Of a DNA stretch of 46,637 bases, positions 35,693 through 44,978 are shown one piece after another. Source of the DNA: Actinomycetota bacterium. Its GTDB lineage: Bacteria > Actinomycetota > Actinomycetes > JACCUZ01. The first letter of the stretch is position 1. Every line of letters begins with the position of its first letter. The position numbers and the translations under genes are program-made. Below the pieces are notes generated by a model. It saw only the letters and a list, made by a program, of their open reading frames with translations. It was not told the DNA's origin and made no database searches. The DNA is taken from the NCBI GenBank assembly GCA_030841025.1, contig JAVEDJ010000239.1, positions 1 to 46,637 on the forward strand. The letters run 5' to 3'.

Positions 35693-36615
35693 CACGTCTG
35701 CCCCTTCACTTCGACCTGCCACGGGGTGAGGTACTTCTGCAGGACTCGCAGGGCGAACGTCAGTCCGACCCCGAGTGCGGCGAGGATCAAGACCCCGACG
35801 AACACGTTCGCGGTCTGGAACAGCTGCGACGAGGTGAGGATGAGGTAACCCAGCCCTGCTTGCGCGCCGAACAGGTCGGCGACCACGATGCCAACCAGTG
35901 CGCGGGCCAGAGCGAGTCGCAACCCGGTGAAGATGTAGGGCATCGCACCCGGCAGGTCGATGCGACCGAACACCTCGCGTTTGTTGGCTCGGAAGGCGAT
36001 CCCGACCTCGCGCAGGTCTCGCTCGACCGCATGCACGCCGTCGATCGTGTTGATGATGACCGGGAAGAACGCCACCAGCGCGATGATCGCGACGTGCGCC
36101 GGGTCACCGAAGCCGAGCCAGATGACGAAAAGCGGCGCCAGGGCCACGCTGGGCGTGGCATAGAGCGCGGTGAGCCATGGATCGCCGTAGTCGTGGGCCC
36201 GCCGGCTAGCTCCCATCCACAGCCCGAGCGGAATCGCTATCGCCGCTGCGACGAGGTAACCGAGCAGGAACTGACGCATGCTCACCGAGAAGTGGTGCCA
36301 CAGCTCTCCGGACTTCGCGAGCGTCCAGAAAGCAGAGGGAATGGCACTGGGAGCCACGATGATGACGGTGCTCGGCTGGAAGATCCGGACAGCGGCCTCC
36401 CAGACCGCGAGCACCACCACCACCGACACGATCCCGCGGATGAGCGAGCGCCGGCGTACCTTCGCACGCTTGACCTTCTCGCTCTCCACGATGTGCACCG
36501 GCTGAGGCGTCGTCTGCCGCGGCGTCTCAGCCGGTCGGTAGTCAGCCTCTGCTGGCCCCCCACCAGTCCGGTCGGCGCCCGCGGAGGCGCCGGGCCGTGC
36601 CAGTTGTTCAGCCAT
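35692..36615 (-). CDS. ABC transporter permease (NitT/TauT, SsuC-like)
   Basis: Six hydrophobic segments and the EAA-like loop 'AFRANKREVFGRIDLPGAMPYIFTGLR'. Confidence 0.85.
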   Translation of the reverse strand: MAEQLARPGASAGADRTGGGPAEADYRPAETPRQTTPQPVHIVESEKVKRAKVRRRSLIRGIVSVVVVLAVWEAAVRIFQPSTVIIVAPSAIPSAFWTLAKSGELWHHFSVSMRQFLLGYLVAAAIAIPLGLWMGASRRAHDYGDPWLTALYATPSVALAPLFVIWLGFGDPAHVAIIALVAFFPVIINTIDGVHAVERDLREVGIAFRANKREVFGRIDLPGAMPYIFTGLRLALARALVGIVVADLFGAQAGLGYLILTSSQLFQTANVFVGVLILAALGVGLTFALRVLQKYLTPWQVEVKGQT

Positions 36616-36671
36616 TCGCGTATCGCTCCCTTGTCCCGATCGGAGTCACCGCTCCTGGGCCCGGCGGTCGG

Positions 36672-37751
36672 TCAGCTGCCCTTCGGCGGGTCTGTCTTCA
36701 GGCTGTTCTGCGCGTCCTCGAGGTAGGAGTTGTCGATGGTGCTCGACGCGTCGATCTTCTTCTTCAACGCCCCGAACTCCACGAACGCGTCGGCCGCCGT
36801 CTGCAGGGCTGCGGGGTCGACCTTCGCGTCCTTGGGCATCGACTTGCTCTTGCCGCTGAGGAAGATCTCGTCGATCGCCCGCTCGACGTACGGCTTGTCG
36901 ACCTTGATGCCCGCGGCCACGATGTCGGCGATCTTGTCCTTCATCGCGGGGTCGTAGAGGGCGTCGATGGTGCGCTGGTAGGCGCGCAGGAAGCGGCGCA
37001 GCTCCTCCTTGTGCCCATCGGCCCACTTCTTGCTCACCGTGATGACGGCTCCCGACAGCGGCGGGGCACCGAGGTCGTTCGTGTTACCGAAGTCCTTGAA
37101 CCCTTCGCTCTCACTGGCCTGGTAGTTGACCGGGATGCCGAGCGGAACTGCCTTGACCTGGCCTGCCTGCAGCGCGGCGAACCGCTTCGAGCTGCCCCCG
37201 GCGACGATGAACTTGAGGGACTTGGGGTCCACCCCGTTGGCGGCGAGCGCCTGCCGGGTCGTCACGGTGCTGATGGACTGCAGCGCGGAGACACCGATGG
37301 CCGCGCCCTGCAGCTGCTTGATGTCCGTGATCCCCTTGGCGGCCACGAGGTTCCAGATGGAGGTGTTCGACCCTGCGGCGATGAAGCGCAGGTCAGCACC
37401 TTGCTCGTTGGCGCTCAGGCCTTCGGGCCCACCGTTGTAGAGGTCGATCGACCCACCGATGAGGCCCTGTACGGAGTTGGCCGTGCTCTCACCGACCGTG
37501 ACGTTCACCTTGAGGTTCTCGTCCTTGAAGTAGCCAAGGGCTTCGGCGAGCTGCGGGTAGTAGGTCTGGATGACCAGCGACTGCACGCCCATGTTGAGCG
37601 TCAGTTGCTTGTCGGCGGCAGCCGAGCTGCCGGAGGAGGACGACTCTGTGCTGCTCGAGCCGCCACAGGCCGAGGTACCGGCGAGCAGGAGCGCAACTGA
37701 CACCACGGACAAGACACGGGTGTTTCCCCGTTGACCAAAAATGCGACGCAC
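36672..37751 (-). CDS. ABC transporter substrate-binding lipoprotein (NMT1/SsuA-like)
   Basis: Signal/lipobox-like 'VALLLAGTSACGG' followed by a Ser-rich linker. GTG 37751 with GGAG upstream. The N-terminal 45 codons of the ORF were rejected. Confidence 0.8.
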   Translation of the reverse strand: MRRIFGQRGNTRVLSVVSVALLLAGTSACGGSSSTESSSSGSSAAADKQLTLNMGVQSLVIQTYYPQLAEALGYFKDENLKVNVTVGESTANSVQGLIGGSIDLYNGGPEGLSANEQGADLRFIAAGSNTSIWNLVAAKGITDIKQLQGAAIGVSALQSISTVTTRQALAANGVDPKSLKFIVAGGSSKRFAALQAGQVKAVPLGIPVNYQASESEGFKDFGNTNDLGAPPLSGAVITVSKKWADGHKEELRRFLRAYQRTIDALYDPAMKDKIADIVAAGIKVDKPYVERAIDEIFLSGKSKSMPKDAKVDPAALQTAADAFVEFGALKKKIDASSTIDNSYLEDAQNSLKTDPPKGS

Positions 37752-37973
37752 CGGCAACTCACTCCATTCATGGAAGGGTGGCGAGCGGAGCCTCGTGGTC
37801 GGGGACTGCCCCACTTTAGGCTCGTGCTGTGTCGAGCGCCACATTTCTACCTTGTTACCCTGACTATTAGCAAGAAGGATTGTCAATTTTCGTAGTAACT
37901 TCGCTGATACAGAGAGTCGCCGCGACGGCGACCGCTGTCCGATCGCCCACGACGGCCCGAAAGGTGGTTCGGC
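37752..37973. promoter_or_regulatory. divergent promoter region between the ABC-importer operon and the MFS gene
   Basis: AT-rich island 'attagcaagaaggattgtcaattttcgtagtaac' and a hairpin GTCGCCG-cga-CGGCGAC (37916-37932) in the MFS leader. Confidence 0.5.
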
Positions 37974-39275
37974 GTGAGCAGCGCAACTCCACGGTCGGAT
38001 GACGACCCGGGCCGGATGCGCTCAGGTCCGACGACGACGACTCCCCCCGCCGAGGCTTCCTCGGTCAACCGCCTGGCACTCGGCACGACCCTGGCCGTGG
38101 TGATGGCGGCCGGGCCGCTCGCGGTGCTGGCCATCAGCGCGCTGGGCCCACAGATCACGGCCGACCTGGGCCTGAGCCACGCCGAGTTCGGGCTGCTGGC
38201 CACGCTCGCCTTCGCCGCCGCGGTCCCGTGCGCGGTGCTCCTGGGCCGTTCGGTGGACCGCTACCCGGCTCGGGCCATCCTGGTCGGTGTCTTCGCGGCC
38301 TCCGGTCTCTCCGTGGCGGTGACGGCGTATGCCCCGTCGTTCGGCTGGCTCGTCGCGGGCGTGCTGCTCTCTGGGCTTGCCATGTCGGTGACCAATCCGG
38401 TCACCAACCATGTCGTCTCCCGTCACGTTGCTCCCGGCCAGCGGGGCAGCATCATGGGCGCGAAGCAGTCCGGCGTCCAGATCAGTCAGCTCCTTGCCGG
38501 GCTGGTCCTTCCAGGCCTCGCTGCAGCCGTCGGATGGCATGGCGCGATCGTCGCAATGTTGGCCATCGTGCTGGTGGGCCTCGTGCTCAGCCATCTGTTC
38601 ATCCCTGCACACGAGCCGATTCACCATGAGCGCCGAGGGTCGGCACCGCCGGCCAAGTTGCCGTCGGATGTGTGGTTCCTGCTGTTCTACAGCCTGCTCA
38701 GCGGAGCGGCACTGCAGGCGACGCTCACGTATCTGCCACTGTTCGGGTACGAGCGGATCTCCTTGAGCAACGCCGCGGCGGGACTGACCGTCGCGGTCGT
38801 AGGAGCCATCGGGCTCGTGGCGCGCATGGGCTGGGGATGGGCGGCCGACCGCAGCCGAGGACACCGCAGGATTCTGGCGCCGATGGCGATCAGCGGCGCG
38901 GCTGCGGCCTGTCTGCTTGCGGCAGCATCCGCGACGGAGAGCGCGTGGTTGTTGTGGATCGCCGCGGCGCTGAGCGGCGCCACCACCGTGGCGTCGAACG
39001 TGGTCGTGATGACGACGCTGGTCCGGGTCGTCGACACGCGGCTGATCGGAAGGGCAACTGGCCGACTGGCCATCGGTCTCTACGGTGGCTTTGCGATCGG
39101 ACCGGTGTCGTTCGGCATCCTCGTAGAGACCGCGGGCTACACCGCCGCCTGGTTGGTCCTGGCCGCGGTCTACTTCGTCGCCGCCCTCCTGGTCGCGGGA
39201 TCTCGACCGTCGGCCGACGTCCTTCCCCACGCGGCTCCCGACCTGCAGGAGCAGGACGGGATCGTCCCGGGGTAG
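37974..39275 (+). CDS. MFS transporter
   Basis: About 12 hydrophobic segments and a 'GRSVDRYPAR' MFS loop 2-3-like motif. GTG preceded by AAGGTGG. Confidence 0.8.
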   Translation: MSSATPRSDDDPGRMRSGPTTTTPPAEASSVNRLALGTTLAVVMAAGPLAVLAISALGPQITADLGLSHAEFGLLATLAFAAAVPCAVLLGRSVDRYPARAILVGVFAASGLSVAVTAYAPSFGWLVAGVLLSGLAMSVTNPVTNHVVSRHVAPGQRGSIMGAKQSGVQISQLLAGLVLPGLAAAVGWHGAIVAMLAIVLVGLVLSHLFIPAHEPIHHERRGSAPPAKLPSDVWFLLFYSLLSGAALQATLTYLPLFGYERISLSNAAAGLTVAVVGAIGLVARMGWGWAADRSRGHRRILAPMAISGAAAACLLAAASATESAWLLWIAAALSGATTVASNVVVMTTLVRVVDTRLIGRATGRLAIGLYGGFAIGPVSFGILVETAGYTAAWLVLAAVYFVAALLVAGSRPSADVLPHAAPDLQEQDGIVPG

Positions 39276-39287
39276 CGGCACGCAGAA

Positions 39288-39338
39288 GGACCCCGGTGCG
39301 TCCACATGAGTGATCCTGATGTGGACGCACCGGGGTCC
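39288..39338. terminator. perfect 20-bp inverted repeat (11-nt loop) between convergent genes; likely bidirectional terminator
   Basis: GGACCCCGGTGCGTCCACAT - gagtgatcctg - ATGTGGACGCACCGGGGTCC, read directly. Lies 13 nt after the MFS stop and 41 nt after the gamma-like stop. Confidence 0.7.
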
Positions 39339-39378
39339 CTGGCCTGCTCAGCGGCTTTCCGGCCGCCGGCGGAAGCCG

Positions 39379-39663
39379 TCAGCTCGGCACGAAGTCCTCG
39401 CCCACCGGCACGACCTCGGTGTGGAACGCGACCGCGCACCCCGGGCAGATGTACTGCCGGAACACGACATCCGTGTCGACGAATGCCCGCGAATCCGTGA
39501 AGATGTGCGGCCCGGCCGCGTCGACCGTCGTCTCGTAGAACGGCAACTTCGAGACGTAGTCCGTCGGTCCACCCTCCAGCGACTGGTCGCAGTGGGCACA
39601 GAAGATGCTGCCGTCCTCCCTGCGGAGCACGTTCTCGTTGAGCCGCCTGCCGGACGTGGTCAT
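39379..39663 (-). CDS. small acetone-carboxylase-gamma-like zinc-binding protein
   Basis: 94 aa with 'CAHC' and 'CPGC' pairs. ATGA overlap with the HyuB-like stop. Its position matches the gamma subunit in the acxABC order. Confidence 0.6.
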   Translation of the reverse strand: MTTSGRRLNENVLRREDGSIFCAHCDQSLEGGPTDYVSKLPFYETTVDAAGPHIFTDSRAFVDTDVVFRQYICPGCAVAFHTEVVPVGEDFVPS

Positions 39664-41636
39664 CGTGACTCCTTCGCGAGCTCGCGGCGCTGCTCTTTGA
39701 GCTGACGCCGGTGCTCTTCTGTCGCTGCCAGATCTGCCTCGCCGGACTCCGCGAGCACCACGCCGTAGACCGCTCTGGCGCTCTGCTCGGTCACCCGGAA
39801 CTCACCCACGTCGTGCGCAACTCGGGCAGGCTCGCGTAGCAGGGGGTCGCCGTAGCCGCCGCCGGACTGCCATGACATGTAGTGCACGTCGGTGGGTGAC
39901 AGCAGCACCTCGTCCTCGCAGGCGAGCAGGTGCTGCTCACCCGTGATCTCGTCCAGGGACGACGGGATGATGCCCTTGGCGAACAGCTCCTGCACATTGG
40001 CGCTGCGCATCGCGATGTCGGCCTGGCTGCTCCCTGGGTAGCCTCCGGCGAGTCCGGGGTTCATCGGGATCGACTTGCCGGACCCGGACACCACCTGCAT
40101 CATCGGCACCGGCGTGTCGTGCGGCACGAAGCACAGCGAGGCCGTGACGCCGCCACGGAACCGTCCGGGACCACCGCTGTCGGGCTCCTCACGTCGCCAC
40201 AGATACAGCATCGGCAGCATGAACTCGTTCATCTCCACGTCGGGCATCTTGCCCATCGGGATGAGCAAGAGCCCGGCCGTGTCCACGCCATCGTGGTCGT
40301 TGCCGGCGCCGAAGCCCGCACCCATGGAGTCGGTGATCATCGTGGCGAACGGGTTGCCGCGTTGGTCCAGCCCGGCCATGACGCACAGGTCCCACGTGCC
40401 GCAGCAGACCGACTGCACGTCCTTGTTGTGCTCGACGCTGGTGTCGAGCATCTTGGACAGGCACTCGGTCGCGGCGTTCGTCGTCGCCCAGGCCGACGCC
40501 ACCGATCCCTTGCCGACACCGGAAGGGAAGGTGGCGTTGTTCAGGGTCCCCTCCTCGGTCTTGAAGGTCAGGCACCGGCGCAGACCGCCGGCTGCCCAAG
40601 GGATGTCGCCGCACAGCACCGGGAGCACCGCGGACATGACCCCGCCGTAGAGGCCGGTGAACGTGCAGTTGATCATGCCGGACTGGGGACCCGTCCCGGT
40701 GAAGTCGAACTCCAGGTCGGTGCCTCGCTTGGTCAGCGTGCAGACGATGGGGTGAACACCTCGGTCGTCCTTCATCGACTGCTCCTGGTAGCTCACGGCT
40801 TTCCAGGTTCCGTCCTCGATCTTCTCCAGCTTGGCGCGCAGCCGGCTCTCCGCGTCGTCGAGCTGACGCTGCATGGCCGCCTTGACCGTCTCAGCGCTGT
40901 AGCGCTCGATGAGCTGGCGGATGCGCTCGTGTCCGACCATGTTGGCGCCGAACTTCGCCCGCAGGTCGAGGGCCACGAGCTTGGGCACGCGAGAACGCCG
41001 TACGTAAAGGTCCTCAACGTCCTGGCGCAGCTGGTACTTCTCGGCGATCTTGACGGGTGGCGTGGGCAGCGACTCCCAGAAGACGTCCTCCGCGCGTGGC
41101 GTCCAGCTGCCGGGTGACACGCCGCCGAGGTCTGCCTGGTGGGCGACCGCACAGGTCCATGCGAACAGCTCGCCGTCGTGGAACAACGGTGCGAACAGCG
41201 CCACGTCGTTCTGGTGCAAGCCACCACCCACCCAGGGGTCGTTGCACAGGAACATGTCGCCTTCGTGGATGCCCGGGTTGATCGAACGATGCTCGAGGAT
41301 CCACTTGATCGCGAGGTCCGTGGAGGCCACGAGCTCGGTGTTGTAGGGGCCCACCTGTACGACGTCGCCGACCTCGTCCGTGATGGCGACGTCGAAGTCG
41401 TTGCAGTCGGTGACCACCAGGGAGCCGGACATGGCCTTGAGGGCCTGTCCCATCATGTCGGTGATCGCCCAGAGCCGGTGGCGGATCACCTCGTAGGTGA
41501 GGGCGTCCATCTTCTCGACTGCCTCGGGGCTGCCCCGGTGCAGCACGAGCGAGTCGGGTAGCGATGCGAGAACTTCTTCGGGGGTTCGGATCCGGCTGGC
41601 GAAGACCTCGGAGCCGGGTACCTGCATGAAGGGCAT
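39660..41636 (-). CDS. hydantoinase B/oxoprolinase-family subunit (carboxylase alpha-like)
   Basis: 'CNDPWVGGGLHQNDV' and 'GGGYGDP' Hydantoinase_B blocks. ATG 41636 with an AGGAG RBS 5 nt upstream. The upstream 56 codons were rejected. Confidence 0.85.
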   Translation of the reverse strand: MPFMQVPGSEVFASRIRTPEEVLASLPDSLVLHRGSPEAVEKMDALTYEVIRHRLWAITDMMGQALKAMSGSLVVTDCNDFDVAITDEVGDVVQVGPYNTELVASTDLAIKWILEHRSINPGIHEGDMFLCNDPWVGGGLHQNDVALFAPLFHDGELFAWTCAVAHQADLGGVSPGSWTPRAEDVFWESLPTPPVKIAEKYQLRQDVEDLYVRRSRVPKLVALDLRAKFGANMVGHERIRQLIERYSAETVKAAMQRQLDDAESRLRAKLEKIEDGTWKAVSYQEQSMKDDRGVHPIVCTLTKRGTDLEFDFTGTGPQSGMINCTFTGLYGGVMSAVLPVLCGDIPWAAGGLRRCLTFKTEEGTLNNATFPSGVGKGSVASAWATTNAATECLSKMLDTSVEHNKDVQSVCCGTWDLCVMAGLDQRGNPFATMITDSMGAGFGAGNDHDGVDTAGLLLIPMGKMPDVEMNEFMLPMLYLWRREEPDSGGPGRFRGGVTASLCFVPHDTPVPMMQVVSGSGKSIPMNPGLAGGYPGSSQADIAMRSANVQELFAKGIIPSSLDEITGEQHLLACEDEVLLSPTDVHYMSWQSGGGYGDPLLREPARVAHDVGEFRVTEQSARAVYGVVLAESGEADLAATEEHRRQLKEQRRELAKESR

Positions 41637-41644
41637 GGGATCTC

Positions 41645-43744
41645 CTACTGGTAGCGGATGACGAGGTTGCCGAGCTGGTCCACGGTCGCCGAAGTGGTCG
41701 GGGGGATCACGACGGTCGTGGTGGGGGCCTCGACGATCGCCGGGCCCTGGATCTGGTGGCCACGGCCGAGTGCCGTGTAGTCGTAGACGGCGACCTCCTG
41801 CCATCCGGCCCGGATGTCGAGCATCGCCCGACGGTGTTCCTTGACCTCGGGAGGCCCGTCGGTCCCATCGGCCGTCATCGTCGGGAGCTCGGGCTTGAAC
41901 GGCAGCTTGCCGGTTCCGAACACGCGATAGGTGATGAACTGCACCCCCGCCTCGCGGAAACCGCTGCCGGCACCGAAGAGGTTGGCGTAGCGCTCTTCGA
42001 AGTCGTGCGAGACCTGCAGGACTGCGGCCTCGTCCAGCGAGCCGGCCTTCACGGGAGTGGCTACCTCGAAGATCTGCATCGTGTAGCGAGCGTCGATCTC
42101 TCGCGACGCCACAATCTCCTTGAAGTCCACCCGCTGCTCGGTCAGCCGCCGCCGCACCTCGTCCTCGAGCTGAGAGAGGTTGCCCTCCACCGTCGCCGGG
42201 TCGACCGGGAAGTTGGCCGGGTCGGACAGCTCCGCCGACAGCACCACGTCGGACGTCGCCAGCCCGTAGGCCGAGAATGTCGCCGCCGTCTCACCGAGCG
42301 GCACGACGATCTCCTGCACACCGAGGTCGGCGCCGTACGCCGCGCAGTGGACCGGCCCGGCACCGCCGAACGCGTACATCACGAAGTCGCGCGGGTCGTG
42401 CCCGGCACCGACCACCACGGACCGGACGAGGTCAGCGGTCTGGGAGTTCTGGATCTCGAAGACCGCAGCCGCGGCTTCCTCCGGGGTCATGCCGAGCGGG
42501 TCGCCGATGGCCTGCTTGAGTGCTGCCCGGGCGAGGTCGATGTCGAGCTTCTTCTCCCCGCCGAGGAAGAAGTCGGGGTTGAGGATCCCGAGCACCAGGT
42601 TGGCGTCGGAGACCGTCGGCTCGGTGCCGCCCTGGCCGTAACAGGCCGGGCCGGGTGACGCGCCCGCACTGCGGGGTCCGACGCGTAGGTTTCCTCCGTC
42701 GTCGAGCCAGGCGATTGCGCCGCCGCCGCTGCCGATCGTGGCGACCTTCATCATCGGCACGGTGATCTGGTACTGGTTCAACGTCGTGGTCGAGTCGAAG
42801 ACGGGCTCGCCGTCGACGACGAGGCCGACGAGGAACGTGGTGCCGCCGACGTCGGTCGAGATGATGTTCTTGTGCCCCAGCTGCTTGCCCAGGGTGCGCG
42901 CGCCGATGACGCCGCCGGTGAGCACCGAGCCGATGGTGGTGATGGCGTATGCCGGCGCCTCGTGCGCTGACACGCTTCCGCCGGAGCCTTGCATGATCAG
43001 GAGCGGGCCCTTGAGACCGCGCTGGGCGAGCTGCTCGGCGAGAGGGTTCAGGTAGTCGCGGAGCGTGGGTCCGATCTGGGTGCTCATCACGGTTGTCGCG
43101 CTGCGGGGGTACTCCCGGATGCGGGGGCTGATCTCGCTCGAGAGAGCGACGTACATGTCCGGCGCGAGCTCATGGACCAGCTCACGCACTCGCTGCTCGT
43201 GTGCCGGGTTACGGAACGACCAGAGCAGTGAGACGGCAATCGCCTCGACCCCGTCGTCGATCAGCTCGCGAATCGCGGTGCGGGTCGCGTCCTCGTCGAG
43301 AGCGACGATCTCGGCACCCTTGTAGTCGATCCGCTCGACGACCTCCTTGACCCGCCGCTTCGGCACCAGTGGCTTCGGCTTGCGCGTCGAGGTGATGTCC
43401 TGGATCTCCTCGGGGCTCAGACCGGCATAGCGGCCCTCCAGGTTCATGATGTAGATCGAGTCGCGGTGGCCCTTGGTGGTCAGGAACCCCACCTCGGCCA
43501 CATCGCCGGTGACCAGCGCATTCAGCGACGCAGTCGTTCCGTGACAGATGTACGCCGTGTCACCCAAGAGGTCCCCCACCTCCCTGCCGATGGTCTCCGC
43601 GAGCGCATCGATCGAGCTGAGCACGCCGCGGGCAAAGTCCGGTGGCGTCGAGGGCACCTTGGCCGAGTAGACGTGACCGCTGTCGTCAGCGGCGAAGGCG
43701 TCTGTGAATGTCCCCCCGACGTCGATCCCGATGATGTGTGGCAC
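41645..43744 (-). CDS. hydantoinase A/oxoprolinase-family ATPase subunit (carboxylase beta-like)
   Basis: 'IGIDVGGTFTDAF' and 'DVGGTTFLV' ASKHA phosphate motifs. GTG 43744 is preceded by GGAGGA. The TTG 43777 alternative is less likely. Confidence 0.85.
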   Translation of the reverse strand: MPHIIGIDVGGTFTDAFAADDSGHVYSAKVPSTPPDFARGVLSSIDALAETIGREVGDLLGDTAYICHGTTASLNALVTGDVAEVGFLTTKGHRDSIYIMNLEGRYAGLSPEEIQDITSTRKPKPLVPKRRVKEVVERIDYKGAEIVALDEDATRTAIRELIDDGVEAIAVSLLWSFRNPAHEQRVRELVHELAPDMYVALSSEISPRIREYPRSATTVMSTQIGPTLRDYLNPLAEQLAQRGLKGPLLIMQGSGGSVSAHEAPAYAITTIGSVLTGGVIGARTLGKQLGHKNIISTDVGGTTFLVGLVVDGEPVFDSTTTLNQYQITVPMMKVATIGSGGGAIAWLDDGGNLRVGPRSAGASPGPACYGQGGTEPTVSDANLVLGILNPDFFLGGEKKLDIDLARAALKQAIGDPLGMTPEEAAAAVFEIQNSQTADLVRSVVVGAGHDPRDFVMYAFGGAGPVHCAAYGADLGVQEIVVPLGETAATFSAYGLATSDVVLSAELSDPANFPVDPATVEGNLSQLEDEVRRRLTEQRVDFKEIVASREIDARYTMQIFEVATPVKAGSLDEAAVLQVSHDFEERYANLFGAGSGFREAGVQFITYRVFGTGKLPFKPELPTMTADGTDGPPEVKEHRRAMLDIRAGWQEVAVYDYTALGRGHQIQGPAIVEAPTTTVVIPPTTSATVDQLGNLVIRYQ

Positions 43745-43831
43745 TCGTCCGTCCTCCAAGTAAGCGAAATCAGGCAACTGGTCCCGAAGCAGGGCCCAGG
43801 TCGAGCAGCAGCGACAACCGCGACCCTGTGG

Positions 43832-44941
43832 TCAGGGGATGATCACGGGTTTGATCTCTCGCATGGACTCCATGCCGTCGAGCGCTTCTCCGACCTGGTC
43901 CAGGGAGTAGCGAGACCCCAGTAGGTCACCGAAGGAGAAGCGGTCTTGATGGTCACGGAGGAACGTGAGGGCTCGGTAGTAGTGCGAGACGTCTCCGCTC
44001 ATGGTGCCGGCGACCGTGAGCTGACGCAGGTTGAAGTAGGTCGGGCGGATCTCCACCGGCCGGGGTTCGGACGCGCCGATGATGAGGTACCGGCCGCCGC
44101 GCCGGACGAGGTCCATGCCCTCGACGAATGCCGCGTTGGCGCCGCTGCACTCGACGACCAGGTCAGCGCCCCTGCCGTCGGTGAGCTCGAGCACCTGCTC
44201 ACGGCGAGTGGCCGGGTCACCGTTCTGCACGTCGAGAACCACATCGGCGCCCCAGCGCCGGGCGATGTCCAGCCTGGCCTCCGGCGCCCCGATCATGATG
44301 GTCTGGCGGGCACCCGACTGGATCGCGAACGCGAGGGCGTAGAGACCGACGGGGCCGCTGCCCTGGACGACCACGGTCTCGTGGGTCTCGATGCGGCCGA
44401 TCTTCTCGTAGCCGTGGATGATCGTGCGGAACGCGCACGTCGCCGACGCCGCCACCGCCGGGTCGAGCCCCTCAGGGACCTTCACGATGCTGCAGGGCGG
44501 CATGATGTAGGCGTACTCCGCGAAGCCGCCGGTGATGTACGGCGCCTTGTCCGCGGGGCCCCAGCCGTACATCCGGGCGTTCTCGCAGGCCGTCGGCTGC
44601 TTGGCGAGGGTGCACCAGTAACAGCTGCCGCACCAGGCGTAGGACCAGGCGACCAGGTCACCCTCGGCGAGGGGACGGTTGAGCGCGTCGACCGTACGCT
44701 CGCTGCCGAGCTCAGCGATGCGTCCCACGATCTCGTGGCCGGGAACCAGCGGCAGCTTGGACAGCCCGGCCGCGGCGTACTCGCCACGCCAGATGTGCAC
44801 GTCGGTCCCGCACATCGTGGTGGCTTCGACCTTCACGATCGCCGCCTTGGGTTCCGGCGGCGGGACGGGGAGGGAACGCACCTCGAGTGGTTTCTCGTAG
44901 TCGACCAGGACGGCCGCCCGCGTCTCCGCTGGCCTAGTCAT
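43832..44941 (-). CDS. zinc-dependent medium-chain alcohol dehydrogenase
   Basis: 'CGTDVHIWRGEY', 'GHEIVGRI', structural-Zn 'CGSCYWCTLAKQPTAC' and 'VVQGSGPVGL'. ATG 44941 with a GGAGG RBS. Confidence 0.85.
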   Translation of the reverse strand: MTRPAETRAAVLVDYEKPLEVRSLPVPPPEPKAAIVKVEATTMCGTDVHIWRGEYAAAGLSKLPLVPGHEIVGRIAELGSERTVDALNRPLAEGDLVAWSYAWCGSCYWCTLAKQPTACENARMYGWGPADKAPYITGGFAEYAYIMPPCSIVKVPEGLDPAVAASATCAFRTIIHGYEKIGRIETHETVVVQGSGPVGLYALAFAIQSGARQTIMIGAPEARLDIARRWGADVVLDVQNGDPATRREQVLELTDGRGADLVVECSGANAAFVEGMDLVRRGGRYLIIGASEPRPVEIRPTYFNLRQLTVAGTMSGDVSHYYRALTFLRDHQDRFSFGDLLGSRYSLDQVGEALDGMESMREIKPVIIP

Positions 44942-44978
44942 CGGTGCCTCCGTTGCGTGGAAGAAACTGGGTTCGTGG

